A stretch of 64,000 nucleotides of DNA from positions 62,001 through 126,000 of the forward strand of contig MCFE01000120.1 of the NCBI GenBank assembly GCA_002104905.1, in the 5' to 3' direction. This document shows, one piece after another, positions 49,353 through 61,419 of the stretch (within the stretch, counting starts at the first letter, position 1; each line of letters opens with the position of its first letter). The position numbers and the translations under genes were made by a program. Source of the stretch: Basidiobolus meristosporus CBS 931.73 (lineage: Eukaryota; Fungi; Basidiobolomycota). The notes beneath the pieces were generated by a model, which did not search any database, was not told the origin of the DNA, and worked only from the letters and a program-made list of their open reading frames with translations.

Positions 49353-51458
49353 ATGCATTCCTGGACTTGATCAGCTTCTTTGCTTTGGTATTGTAGAGTC
49401 TGTATTCCTTACTCTCATTGCAGTAGCCCAAAAATATGCATTTTACACTTTTTGGCTCAAATTTTGACTGATTTGCGGCCAGTTCTTTGGCATATGCTGT
49501 ACACCCAAAAATTCTTAGATGTTCTGCATTTGGTCTGTATCCATACCATGCTTCAAATGGAGTAGAATCATCAAGTATTCTGTTATAAATCCTATTTTTA
49601 ACATATACAGCAGTGGCAACTGATTTCACCCAAAAATCATAGGATAATTTTTGATCATGGATCATATATCTTGCCATATCAATTGTTGATCTGTTAGCTT
49701 GTCCTGCTACTCCATTTTGCTGTGGGGAGTATGGTACAGTAGTCTCTTGCTTTATCCTATGAGTTTTGCAGAAGTGGATGAAGAGTTTTGAGGTATATTC
49801 TCCACTATTGTCAGAGCATTTTTTATTTGATTTTTTCACCAGTTTCTCTCTCCACCATAGCTTTAAACTCCCTGAACTTAGACAGAGCATCTTCCTTTCT
49901 CTCCATGAATTAGACCCATGTGTATCTTGTATAATCATCAATAAAAGTGATTAAATACTTCATCCTGCCTAATAATAAATTTTGCATAGGTCCACACAGA
50001 TCTGAGTGAATTAGATCTAAATTTTTCTTAGTTTTAATTAACACAGAGCTCTTGTGCGGTTGTCTGGCTTGTTTCCCATATATGCAGACTTCACAGTGCT
50101 CCAAATTAGCTGGGGGATCAATTTTCACTCCAGAAATTAGCTGATCTTTGATCATTTTGCACAAATTATCAAAATTGATGTGTCCAAATATCCTGTGCCA
50201 AAACCTTGATGTTTCTTCCTTTAAGTCACTTATATTGGCTTCCAGATATGATGGAATATAAGTCAACTTGTATAGATTCTGATCTCTGATGCCAGAAGCA
50301 ATATGGGCACCATTTTGATCAGTGATCCTGCATCCAGAATTGTCAAAACTGAAACTGAGTCCTTCTTCTGTGGCCTTGCTTTCAGATAGTAGGTTCTTGC
50401 CTATTTCTGGTACATAGAGTACTTCTTTAAAGGTCAGTGTATGGCTTCCTTCACTGATTCTAAGGTTTACTTGAATATTTCCTTCTCCCACTGCATTATG
50501 TGTTCTATTGTCACCCATGAAAACCATCTTAATTGGAATTTCTTGATATTGGGTAAAAAGTTCTTTTTGGTGTGTAAAGTGTTAAGAAGCTCCCAAGTCA
50601 ATATACCATGTCTGAGAATCCTTGTTTGCGGTCATATTTAGTGCAGAAATGAATAGTCTATCTCCAGTTGTTGCAGCATCTCCATATTCAGGCTTCTTTT
50701 GCTGATTGTCTTTCTTTTTGAGAGGCCGGTCTGATGTGTGTCCTTTCCTTTTGCAGTAGTTGCAAAACAGGTTGCTGTTGCCTTTGTAGGTTCTTGGGTG
50801 CCTCCTTTGTTGGCTATCATTGCTTATTAAAGCATTTTCTTCTTCCTTCTTATTTGTGCTTGATTTTCTTAATTCTTCATCCAGGGGCCTTCCATATATG
50901 TAATTTAAGGTCAAATCTTCAGTTCTGGACTCTAGGGCTGATACAAGGCCCTGAAACCTTTCTTTCAGGCTATTCAGGATGGTAACTATCACATCCTCAT
51001 TGGTAGTTGGTACGCCCACAGATTCCATCTCATCTACCAGCAGGGTAATTCTGTTAATTAAATTTTTCATTTCTTCTCCTGGCAGCATCTTTGTAGTAAA
51101 GAATTTTTGTCTCAGATACATCTTTGTGGCAGCTGAACATGACTGGTAGGTGTCTTCTAATGCTTTCCAGGCATTCTTTGCCATTTTTGCTCTTGAGCAT
51201 TGAATTAGCAATTTGTCCTTGACATTAAGGCAAATGCAGTTAAAGGCACATTGTTCTTTCTTCTGGTACTTTAAGGCTTCCTCTTCCACGTTTTTAGGAG
51301 GGCATTCTTCTCCCATGACAATATCTCAAAGGTCTCTCTCTTGTAGCAGCATCTTCATCTTCACCTTCCACACTTAGTAGTTAGATCCATCCAACTTTTC
51401 AGCAGAAGGAAAAATTCCAGTGATAGCAGTAGTAGCCATTGCAGAGAGTGACAGCTTG

Positions 51459-51470
51459 GGGCTCATAACC
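51459..51470 (-). other. Copia PBS GGTTATGAGCCC, complementary to the tRNA-iMet anticodon stem-loop
   Basis: Plus strand GGGCTCATAACC abuts the LTR; the same site occurs at 60983-60994, with variants at 6623-6634 and ~55210. Confidence 0.85.
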
Positions 51471-51818
51471 TGTTGTAAGAGTCTTGGAGATATTGGAAGT
51501 GATTGGGAGAACAAGTAGATTATGTGGTTTTCACTTAATGATTTATTGAATGTAAAAGTAGTATTTATACTTTTACCTGGTCTTGGCATTACAAACACAT
51601 AGAATAGGTTAAGGAGGTCCCAAGAACATGTGTGCAAAGTTTGGGGCTGTTTGGACAACTTTGAGAATTTTCATGTTCTGGGTACCTGGTATTTTGGTGA
51701 AAATACTCTAAGTATATCCCAACAATGAACTTGGTCAGTATTCTTTAGGATTTGAAGGTGATGATCTAAGTTTCTAAGTTAGGTGAATATTTAGGTGGAA
51801 ATACAAATTTTTACAACA

Positions 51819-52870
51819 TCAGGTAGCTGGAAGAGTGCCAATAAGGGAGTAGCAGGCAGACTTAGATGAATCAGCATAATATTTATCAAGAAAAAGTGTA
51901 GTTCTACTTGAGAAGCAGTCAGTCAAAGTAGCAGTGAAGGAACTGGCTGTGATAAGAACAAATGGCTACCTCAGGAGCTCATCACAGCATGGGCTGAGAG
52001 CTTGAAACAAGCAGGAAAGAAGTGTCAGGTTGCTTGCAGAGTGCCAGCAAGGGACAAGCAGGCAAAAACAGATGCATCCAAGCAGCAATTATCAAGGAGA
52101 AAATGTAGTTTAATACAAGAAGCACTTGGACAAAGTAGCAGTGAAAGACCTGGCAGCAATAAAGAAAAAGATAAAAAGAAAAAGTCTAATCCAGCCAGTG
52201 ACATGGAAACATAAGAAAAATCTGCAGTTCCTGCCAATTAATGCTGTTAGCCCAGAACAGACTTAATCCCATCATAGCCAAGAAGAATTATCAACAAGAC
52301 AACAGCTGTTTTCATGAGAGTTTGAAGTGCAGTCTGTTGAGCTACACTCCAGTAAGGTAGATGAGTTTGCAGAGAAAGGCGTTTGTCTACCATAGCCTCC
52401 ACATTCCTCACTGTTGACATAGCTGAGATCCCACCAACAAGCAAATTAACAACAACAGGAACTCAAAAGGCTATTGCAATTCCTTCAGTGGAACTTTGGA
52501 ACATTAATAGGCACACCAACTGGTTGCAGTACTTCTTCAAGAGAAGTGCTCAAGAAAATGCACGTGAAAATTGCAAGGATTTATTGCAAAGACTGGCAGA
52601 CTAAGTGCTAGACCTTGCAGTGCTGACTGAGGACCAGGACATATGGGAATCAGTGAATGAACAGTGGCATAAAGCCATGGGGTACCCATCAAAGTCATGG
52701 AAACAGAGAGTTACAGCAGAAATACTTATTGAGTGGTGGATTTTAACAGAGTTACATGTTGAGCATGAGGTTGGGCTTAATGTTAGTGTAGGGTATGAGG
52801 ACTTGTATAGGTCAATACAATTGACAATGGAGGTACAACTAAAGTTCTAACAGAAATTAATCTATGTGCC
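51819..52870 (+). mobile_element. CACTA ORF2 fragment (repeat region and C-terminal domain)
   Basis: Homologous to 33570-35420 without the D insert; ORFs 52002-52214, 52383-52604, 52605-52850. Confidence 0.8.
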
Positions 52871-55568
52871 TTTAACAGGTCTTGGATCTCTCCTTTGTTG
52901 GCTAACATTACTTATTAAAGCATTTTCTCTTTCCTTCCTGTTGGCACATGATTTTCTTAATTCTTTGTCCAGGAGTCTTCCATATGTTGTAAAATTGGTA
53001 ATTCCACCTAATCATTCACCTAATGTAGTAACTTAGATCATTACCTTCAAGCTCTAATGTATACTGACCAAAGTTCTTGTCAGGATTTACTCAAAATACT
53101 TTCAGCTAAATATCTGGTACACATAACATGATAATTCTCAAAGCTGCTGAAACAGCCCCAAACTTTGCGCACATGTTCTTGGGACCTTCCTTAAGCTACT
53201 CTGTGTGTTTATAATGCCAAGACCATATAAAAGTATAAATACCACTTTTATATCAATAAGTTATTAAGTGAGTATTACAAAGTCTACTTGCTCTCCCAAT
53301 CACTTCCAATATCTCTAAAACCCTTACAACACCTTCTATATACATAATATAAGTTCAAACCTTCAGTTCTGGACTCTAGGGCTGATACATGACCCTGAAG
53401 CCTACCTGTCAGGTGGTTCAGGATAGTTACTATCAATCCTTGACAGTAGTTGGTACACCCACAAATTCCATCTCATCCACCAGCAGGATAATTCTGTTGA
53501 TTAGATTTTTCATTTCTTTTCCTGGCAGCATCTTTGTAGTAAAGAATTTCTGTTGAGGATACATTTTCTTAGCAGCTGGAAATGACTGGTAGGTGTCTTC
53601 TAATGCCTTCTGTTGTTTTGTTTATGATTAGTTTGGGGCTTGATCTACAATGTAGAGGCTAAATAACAACATACAACAACTTCCAGTATGCCAATACTGA
53701 AAAATTTTATTAGGGGTGTGATATACCAACAGAAGATACAACTTTCACTAATATCCACAATTTTAGGCTTAAAATATGCTATAGACAGTGATTCTCACTT
53801 CTACCGCAGTGTTCTGACCTTCTGTTGACTATTGGGCTTAATTACTTTTATTGTAACCTTTCCTTATTTGTAAGTCACTTTCCTTTCTGAGAAGCTACTT
53901 CCTAGTACAGAAATTCTGAACTCCCCTTTAACCTAAAGGGGTGTGGTGCAGAAGTCTCTAAAGGGGTCTTTAGACCTAAGGGGTGTTTAAAAGGGAGTCT
54001 TTAGAGTAAAGGGGCTTCATATAGTAATCTCTAATGTGGACTTTACACTAAAGGGGTGCCTAAAGGGGCTTCTTAAAGAGGTCTCTAAAGGGGTCTTTAG
54101 AGTAAAGGGGCTTCATATAGTAATCTCTGAAGTGGACTTTACACTAAAGGGGTGCCTAAAGGGGCTTCTTAAAGAGGTCTCTAAAGGGGTCTTTAGACTA
54201 AAGGGGTGTCTTTAGAGTAAAGGGGCTTCTTTGAGGGGACTTTTCCAACAGAAAAGTGATATTTTCTTGTAGAATTTAGATTGATTCTTGTGAGCTTTGC
54301 AGTTGCTTTACTGGTGTACTACCAATCAAAGTCAGAATACTCAACAGTGCAAGTGATGCAGGGAAGTCTTAAAACCTTTAAACCTGTAATTGTAGTGTGG
54401 AGATTCTGGAAAGAGTGGCTTTCCTTTTATTTTTCAGCTGGGGAAGTTGTATATATCAAAGTTCTGAAGCATCAATCTTTTTGGGTGCTTGAGTAAGCAA
54501 TACACAAGATACAAAGCTAAAATCCTGCAGTGGTGCAGATCAGATATGGGTGCAGCACCTGTGATAATATTACATGATTTAATTGGCTGGTTCAAAAGCT
54601 ACATGCAACCAAAGCACCATAGTAATCATAGCAATTGAGGCTTAGTATATTTAATAATTAGACTCTTTTTGTCATAACTCCTTAAGTACTGCTTCAAATG
54701 AGCTGTAATCTGAAACATGTGTTGGCTACTGTGTGTTCTGTATGACAAAATATTCTATGGGGGATTGCTTGACCAAGTCTGGAGCACTTGTCCTTCTTAG
54801 TTGTAAATTCTTGATCTTTCACTTGTGTGTTACAATAGCAAAAAGCAAAATAAAGAAATGAGTGCAATATTGGTTTGAGACATTGTAGTAATGGAATACT
54901 TTCCATTACCACACTTCCCAGCATTCTTTGCCATTTTTGCTCTTGAGCATTGAAGTAGCGACTTGTCTTCAACATCAAGGCAAATACAGTTAAAGGCACC
55001 TTGTTCTTTCTTGTGGTACATTAAGGGTTCCTCTCCCTTGTTTTTAGGAGAGCATTCTTCTCCCATGACAGTATCGCAAAGGCCTCTTTCTTGTAGTAGC
55101 ATCTTCATCTTCATGTTCCACACTTGGTGGCTGGATCCATCCAACTTCTCAGCAGAGGGAGAAATTCCAGTAATAGCAGTACTAGACATTGCAGAGAGTG
55201 ATGGCTTGATGTTTATAACCTGCTGTAAAAGTCTTGGAGATTTTGTAAATGCTTTAGAGTACAAGTAGATTATGTGACTATCACTTAATGATTTATTGAA
55301 TATGAAGTAGTATTTATACATTTACTTGATCTTGGCCTAAAAAACATGTAGAGTAGGTTTAGCAAGGTCCCAAGAAAATGTGTGCAAAGTTCAGAGCTGT
55401 TTGGACAACTTTGATAATTATCATGTTCTAGGTACCTGGTATTTTAGTGAAAATATTCTAAGTAAATCCCAATAAGAGATATGGTCAGTATACTCTAAGA
55501 TTTGAAAGTAATGATCTAAGTGATCAAGTTGTGTGAATATTTAGGTGGAGTTACATATTATCACAACA
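52870..55568 (-). mobile_element. Diverged Copia G copy 3: gag fragment plus 5' LTR 55221-55568; contains a reverse solo LTR (52985-53331) and F3
   Basis: ORF 54830-55321 AITGISPSAEKLDGSSHQVWNMKMKMLLQERGL; PBS variant next to TGCTGTAAAAG. Confidence 0.8.
53611..54913. repeat. Family F copy 3 (1303 bp), TSD CTTC, with expanded tandem array (96-bp period at 53998/54094/54190)
   Basis: CTTC|TGTTGTTTTG...ATTACCACA|CTTC in Copia gag; empty-site homologue at ~51157. Confidence 0.9.
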
Positions 55569-55790
55569 ATATCAAGTACCCAGCACATGATAATTCTCAA
55601 AGTTATCCAAACAGCCCCAAGCTTGGCACACATATTCTTGTGACCTTCCTAAGCCTATTCTACATTTTTACTATGCCAAGCACATGGAAATGTATAAACA
55701 CTACTTTTACATTCAATAAATCATCAAGTGAAAACCACATAATCACTTGTTCTCTAAATCACTTCCAATGGCTCTAAGACTCTTACAACA
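55569..55790 (+). repeat. Partial Copia G LTR in reverse orientation abutting LTR 55221-55568
   Basis: Ends CTCTAAGACTCTTACAACA, the reverse complement of the G LTR start. Confidence 0.75.
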
Positions 55791-56308
55791 ACTCCAATCC
55801 CATCATGAATATTACCTTCAAGTTCATCATGGTGGTGAAGAGCTGGCACATGGAGGGCAGCCAGGAGGAGGTGGAGAATATTCAGGACAGATGTGCACAT
55901 GGAGACACCTTTGCATTTAGCATTAAGAAGCCAAGTGGCACCAATGCAGGGGCAATCAATCTAGTGATGCAAAGATTGGGTGGACCTAACATGAAACTAA
56001 TTCTTACTAGGACATCTGTACCAATGAATGCTGGGTTTCTCCTGGGTATAAGCCAATTTATACAACATTCAATACAGAACTCACACAAGCAAGAACCAGA
56101 GCATACCTATAAGGGGGACTAGAATCCAGCAGGGAGAAACAATATATTGGTTTGTACTGAAAAGTGATTGCAGATACTTAGGAGGTATTAATGGCAAGAG
56201 TGATGGCAACTAAGCATATGTTTGCAAGATGTTTATGCTACCAGCAATAAAAGGTATACAGCAACTTTGCAAGTATCACACTGAAAAGCTGTAGAGTTGG
56301 GATGATAG
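55791..56308 (+). pseudogene. CACTA transposase C-terminal fragment (target of Copia G2)
   Basis: ORF 55805-56122 (WHMEGSQEE..CAHGDTF) matches 24181-24453; ends QLCKYHTEKL*. Confidence 0.8.
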
Positions 56309-59300
56309 TGTTGTAAGAGTCTTGGAGATATTGGAAGTGATTGGGAGGACAAGTAGATTATGTGGTTTTCACTTAATGATTTATTGAATGTAAAAGTAGT
56401 ATTTATACTTTTACCTGGTCTTGGCATTACAAACACGTAGAATAGGTTAAGGAAGGTCCCAAGAGGATGTATGCAAAGTTTGGGGCTATTTGGACAACTT
56501 ATCAAATTTTCATGTTTGGGGTACCTGATATTTTGGTGAAAATATTCTAAGTAAATCCCAACAAGGAATTTGGTCAGTATTCTCTAGGATTTGAGGGTAA
56601 TGATCTAAGTGACTAAGTTAGGTGAATATTTAGGCGGAATTACAAATTTTACAACACTCCCACTCAGCTAAATGTTCATATTGACTAGTCCAAATTTTGA
56701 CCTAAGATATTCAAACTTGTCTCTGGCTAATGGTTTGGTAAATATGTCTGCAATCATTTCATCTGTAGGACAGTAAGCTAAGTTAGCTAAGTTATTCTCT
56801 ATAGCTTCATGTATGAAATGATGTCTAATATCTATGTGCTTGGTTCTAGCATGAAAAGTTGGATTTCTACATAATTGTATACATCCTTGATTATCTTGAA
56901 ATAAAGTAATAGGCGTTTTGTGACATAAGCCTAAATCTGTAAAAAGTTTTCTTAACCACATTGCTTCTTTTGTAGCTTCACAGGCTGTCATATACTCTGC
57001 CTCTGTGGTGGAAAGTGCTATGGTTGGTTGCTTTCTTGAATTCCATGAAATTGCTCCTTTACAGTAAAGAAAGGTGTATGCTGTGGTGGATCTTCTGTCT
57101 TCTAAATTTCGTCCCCAATCAGCATCAGAGTATCCCACAAGATCCTGTTCTGAATCCTTATATGTATATCTTAAGCAGATATCAGCAGTTCCTTTTAGGT
57201 ATCTAAAAATCCACTTAACTGCTGCAATATGAACAGATCCATAGTTCTTATTATGTTGGCTGACAACTCCCACTGAATATGAGATATCTGGACGTGTTCC
57301 AAGCTTGATATACATCAGACTGCCTACCATAGATTGATATGGAAAGTCAGGGCTTTCAGATGGCACCAAGGTCTCTTGATTTGGTTGAGTTTTGACCAAG
57401 TTAAGGTTTGTCTCCATTGGGGTAGCCGCCGGTTTGCAGTCTTCCATTTAGTAGTTCTTTAGTATATCTTGAATATACTTGGATTGACTTAGGGTGATAG
57501 TCTGGGTACTTCTGTCAATGGAGAACTTAATCCCTAAGTAGTGACCAAGTTCTCCTTGATTGGACATCCTGAACTCCTTAGATAGGCTGGATTTAGTCAC
57601 TTCCAATGTTGCTAGGTTATTGGTGGCTATAATAAGATCATCCACATATTGAGCTAATAGAACTGGATTTGCTCTATCTGGTTTATAGTATATACTGTAG
57701 TCAGCATTACTCCTTTTGAAACTCAAAGATTCCAAATAAGAATCTATCTTGCAATTCCAAGCTCTTGGTGATTGTTTGAGACTATATAGTGACTTTTTAA
57801 GCTTACAGACCAAATGGGGGCTATCTTAGTCAACAAACCCATCAGGCTGGTCCATATACACGTCCTCATCAAGTTCTTCATTCAAAAATGCAGTTTTTAC
57901 ATCCATTTGATGAATAAAAAATTTATTTGGCTGCAATAGCCAATATCAATCTGATGAAAATAAACTTGGCTACCAGTGCAAAGGTCTCAGTATAGTCAAG
58001 TCCTTTTGTTTGAGAGTATCCTTTGGCTACAAGTCTTGCTTTGTATCTTTCAATTGTACCATCAGCCTTGTATTTTGTCTTGAAGACCCATCTGCATCCA
58101 ATTGATATTTGGTTGATTGGTAATTTGACCAAGTCCCAAGTTTGATTTTCCATCAGGGCCCAATATTCCTCAGTCATTGCAGATCTCCAAAACTTTGTCT
58201 GAGGGCTATTTAGGGCCTCTTTTACAGTCAGGGGCTCTTCAATATGAGCTGAATAGGCATAGGCTAAGTTTGTACCCTCATTGATAGAGTAATCTGAGCT
58301 ATTTCTTGTCTGATTGGATCTCTAGGCATTTGATACTGGAATGATCACCTCTGGGATATTCCTGGGCACTGATTCTGGCTGAACCATGGTTGTAGAGTCC
58401 TCTGGAGTGAAAAAATTATCATTGTTTTGCTCTGATTCAATCCTGACAATTGGTGGACTGGAGATCAAATTTTTGTCATCATCTGATGTCATTTTTTGTG
58501 AAAATTTTGAATTTTCATCAAACAACTCATCCCTGGACTTGATCAGCTTCTTTGCTTTGGTATTGTAGAGTCTGTATGCCTTACTCTCATTGCAGTAGCC
58601 CAAAAATATGCATTTCACACTTTTTGGCTCAAATTTTCACTGATTTCCGGGCAGTTTTTGGCATATACTGTACACCCAAATATTCATAGATGTTCTGCAC
58701 TTGGTCTATATCCTCACCATGCTTCAAAAGGAGTAGAATCACAAAGTATTCTGCTATAAATCCTATTTTTTGTTGTAAGAGTCTTGGAGATATTGGAAGT
58801 GATTGGGAGAACAAGTAGATTATGTGGTTTTCACTTAATGATTTATTCAATGTAAAAGTAGTATTTATACTTTTACCTGGTCTTGGCATTACAAACACGT
58901 AGAATAGGTTAAGGAAGGTCCCAAGAGCATGTGTGCAAAGTTTGGGACTGTTTGGACAACTTTGAGAATTTTCATGTTCTGGGTGCCTGGTATTTTGGTG
59001 AAAAAATTCTAAGTAAATCCCGACAAGGAATTTGGTCAGTATTCTCTAGGATTTAAAGGTGATGATCTAAGTGACTAAGTTAGGTGAATATTTAGGTGGA
59101 AAATACAAACTTTTACAACATTTTTAACATATACAGCAGTGGCAACTGATTTCGCCCAAAAATCATAGGATGATTATTGATCATGGATCATAGATCTTGC
59201 CATATCATTTATTGATCTGTTAGCTTGTTCTGCTACTTCATTTTGCTGTGGGGAGTATAGTACAGTAGTCTCTTGCTTTATCCCATGAATTTTGCAGAAG

Positions 59301-61343
59301 TGGATGAAGAGTTTTGAGGTATATTCTCCACCATTGTCAGTGTGTATTTTCTTGATTTTTCACCAGTTTCTCTCTCCATCATAGCTTTAAACTCCCTGAA
59401 CTTAGACAGAGCGTCTTCCATTCTCTCCATGAAGTAGACCCATGTGTATCTTGTATAATCATCAATAAAAGTGATTAAATACTTCATCCCACCTAAGGAT
59501 AAATCTTGCATAGGTCCACACAGATCTGAGTAAATTAAATCTAATTTTTTCTTAGTTTTGATTAACCCAGAGCTCTTGAGTGGTTGTCTGGCTTGTTTCC
59601 CATATATGCAGGCTTCACAGTGCTCCAATTTAGCTGGGGGATCAATTTTCACTCCAGAAATTAGCTGATCTTTGATCATTTTGCACAAATAATCAAAATT
59701 GATGTGCCCAAATCTCCTGTGCCAAAGCATTGGTGTTTCTTCATTTAAGTTACTTATATTGGCTTCCAAATATGATGGAATATAAGTCAACTTGTATAGG
59801 TTCTGGTCTCTGATACCCAAAGCAATATGAGCACCATTTTGATCAGTGATCCTGCATCCAGAATTGTCAAAACTGAAACTGAGTCCTTCTGCTGTGGCCT
59901 TGCTTACAGAAAGTAGGTTCTTGGCTATTTCTGATACATAGAGTACTTCTTTAAAGGTCAGTGTATGGCTTCCTTCACTGCTTCTAAGGTTTACTTGGAT
60001 AGTTCCTTCTCCCACTGCATTATGTGTTCTATTGTCACCCATGAAAACCATCTTAATTGGAATTTCTTGATATAGGGTAAAAAGTTCTTTTTGGTGTGTA
60101 AAGTGTTGAGAAGCTCCAGAGTCAATATACCACGTCTGAGAATCCTTGTTTGTGGTCATATTTAGTGCAGATATGAATAGTCTATCTCCAATTGTTGCAG
60201 CATTTCCATATTCAGGCTTCTTTTGCTGATTATCTTTCTTTTTGAGAAACCGGTCTGATGTGTGTCCTTTCCTTTTGCAGTAGCTGCAAAACAGGTTGCT
60301 GTTGCCTTTGTAGGGTCTTGGGTACCTCCTTTGTTGGTTATCATTGCTTATTAAAGCATTTTCTTCTTCCTTCTTATTAGCGCTTGATTTTCTTAATTCT
60401 TCATCCAGGAGCCTTTCATAAATGTAATTTAAGGTCAAATCTTCAGTTCTGGACTCTAGGGTTGATACAAGGCCCTGAAGCCTGTCTTTCAGGCTATTCA
60501 GGATGGTAACTATCACATCCTCATCAGTAGTTGGTAGGCCCACAGATTCCATCTCATCTACCAGCAGGGTAATTCTGTTTATTAGATTTTTCATTTCTTC
60601 TCCTGGCAGCATCTTTGTAGTAAAGGATTTTTGTCTCAGATACACTTTCTTGGCAGCTGAAAATGACTGGTAGGTGTCTTCTAATGCTTTTCAGGCATTC
60701 TTTGCTGTTTTTGCTCTTGAGCATTGAATTAGCAATTTGTCCTTGACATTAAGGCAAATGCAGTTGAAGGCACTTTGTTCTTTCTTCTGGTACTTTAAGG
60801 CTCCCTCTCCCACGTTTTTAGGAGGGCATTCTTCTCCCATGACAATATCCCAAAGGCCGCTTTCTTGTAGCAGCATCTTCATCTTCACCTTCCACACTTG
60901 GTAGTTAGATCCATCCAACTTTTCAGCAGAGGGAAAAATTCCAGTAATAGCAGTAGTAGACATTGTAGAGAGTGATAGTTTAGGGCTCATAACCTGTTGT
61001 AAGAGTCTTGGAGATATTGGAAGTGATTGGGAGGACAAGTAGATTATGTGGTTTTCACTTAATCATTTATTGATTGTAAAAGTAGTATTTATACTTTTAC
61101 CAAGTCATGGCATAACAAACACATAGAATAGGTTAAGGAAGGTCCCAAGAACATGTGTGCAAAGTTTGGGGCTGTTTGGACAACTTTGAGAATTTTCATG
61201 TTCTGGGTACCTGGTATTTTGGTGAAAATATTCTAAGTAAATCCCAACAAGGAATTTGGTCAGTATTCTCTAGGATCTGAGGGTAATGATCTAAGTGACT
61301 AAGTTAGGTGAATATTTAGGTGGAATTACAAATTTTCACAACA
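56309..61343 (-). mobile_element. Ty1/Copia family G copy 2, full length (LTRs 56309-56656 and 60995-61343), TSD GATAG
   Basis: Perfect GATAG/GATAG flanks. gag-PR-IN ORF 59278-60645 (WYIDSGAS, WHRRFGH, SDLCGP), RT 57448-58230, RH 56668-57447; PBS and PPT present. Confidence 0.95.
58771..59120 (-). repeat. Solo Copia G LTR inside G2 integrase, TSD TTTTT
   Basis: TTTTT|TGTTGTAAGAG...TTACAACA|TTTTT; empty site CCTATTTTTAACAT in G1 (~49590). Confidence 0.9.
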
Positions 61344-61419
61344 GATAGAATTGTGTCAATATTAGAAAATGAGCACATATATATTGGTCAGTATCAGGAG
61401 GCCATTGATTTTTTGATTC

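Larger units (their letters stand above)
41611..51818 (-). mobile_element. Ty1/Copia family G copy 1 (LTRs 41611-41960 and 51471-51818), interrupted by Gypsy E; flanks do not form a TSD
   Basis: RNase H ORF 41972-42751 (YSDADWG...STTEAEY...DNQGCI), RT 42788-43600, IN 49348-49941, protease WYIDLGAS, gag 50582-51440. PBS GGTTATGAGCCC; PPT next to 41960. Confidence 0.93.

Noticed and set aside
51459-51470. GGGCTCATAACC as part of a tRNA-Met gene
   Set aside because: Only the 12-nt anticodon arm is present, directly abutting an LTR; it is a PBS.
52980-53340. TSD for the reverse solo G LTR at 52985-53331
   Set aside because: Flanks (CCATA / CCTTC) do not give a clean 5-bp duplication, so no TSD is claimed.
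53930-54240. Repeat array as a CRISPR
   Set aside because: No constant repeat with unique spacers, no cas genes, and the context is eukaryotic TE DNA.
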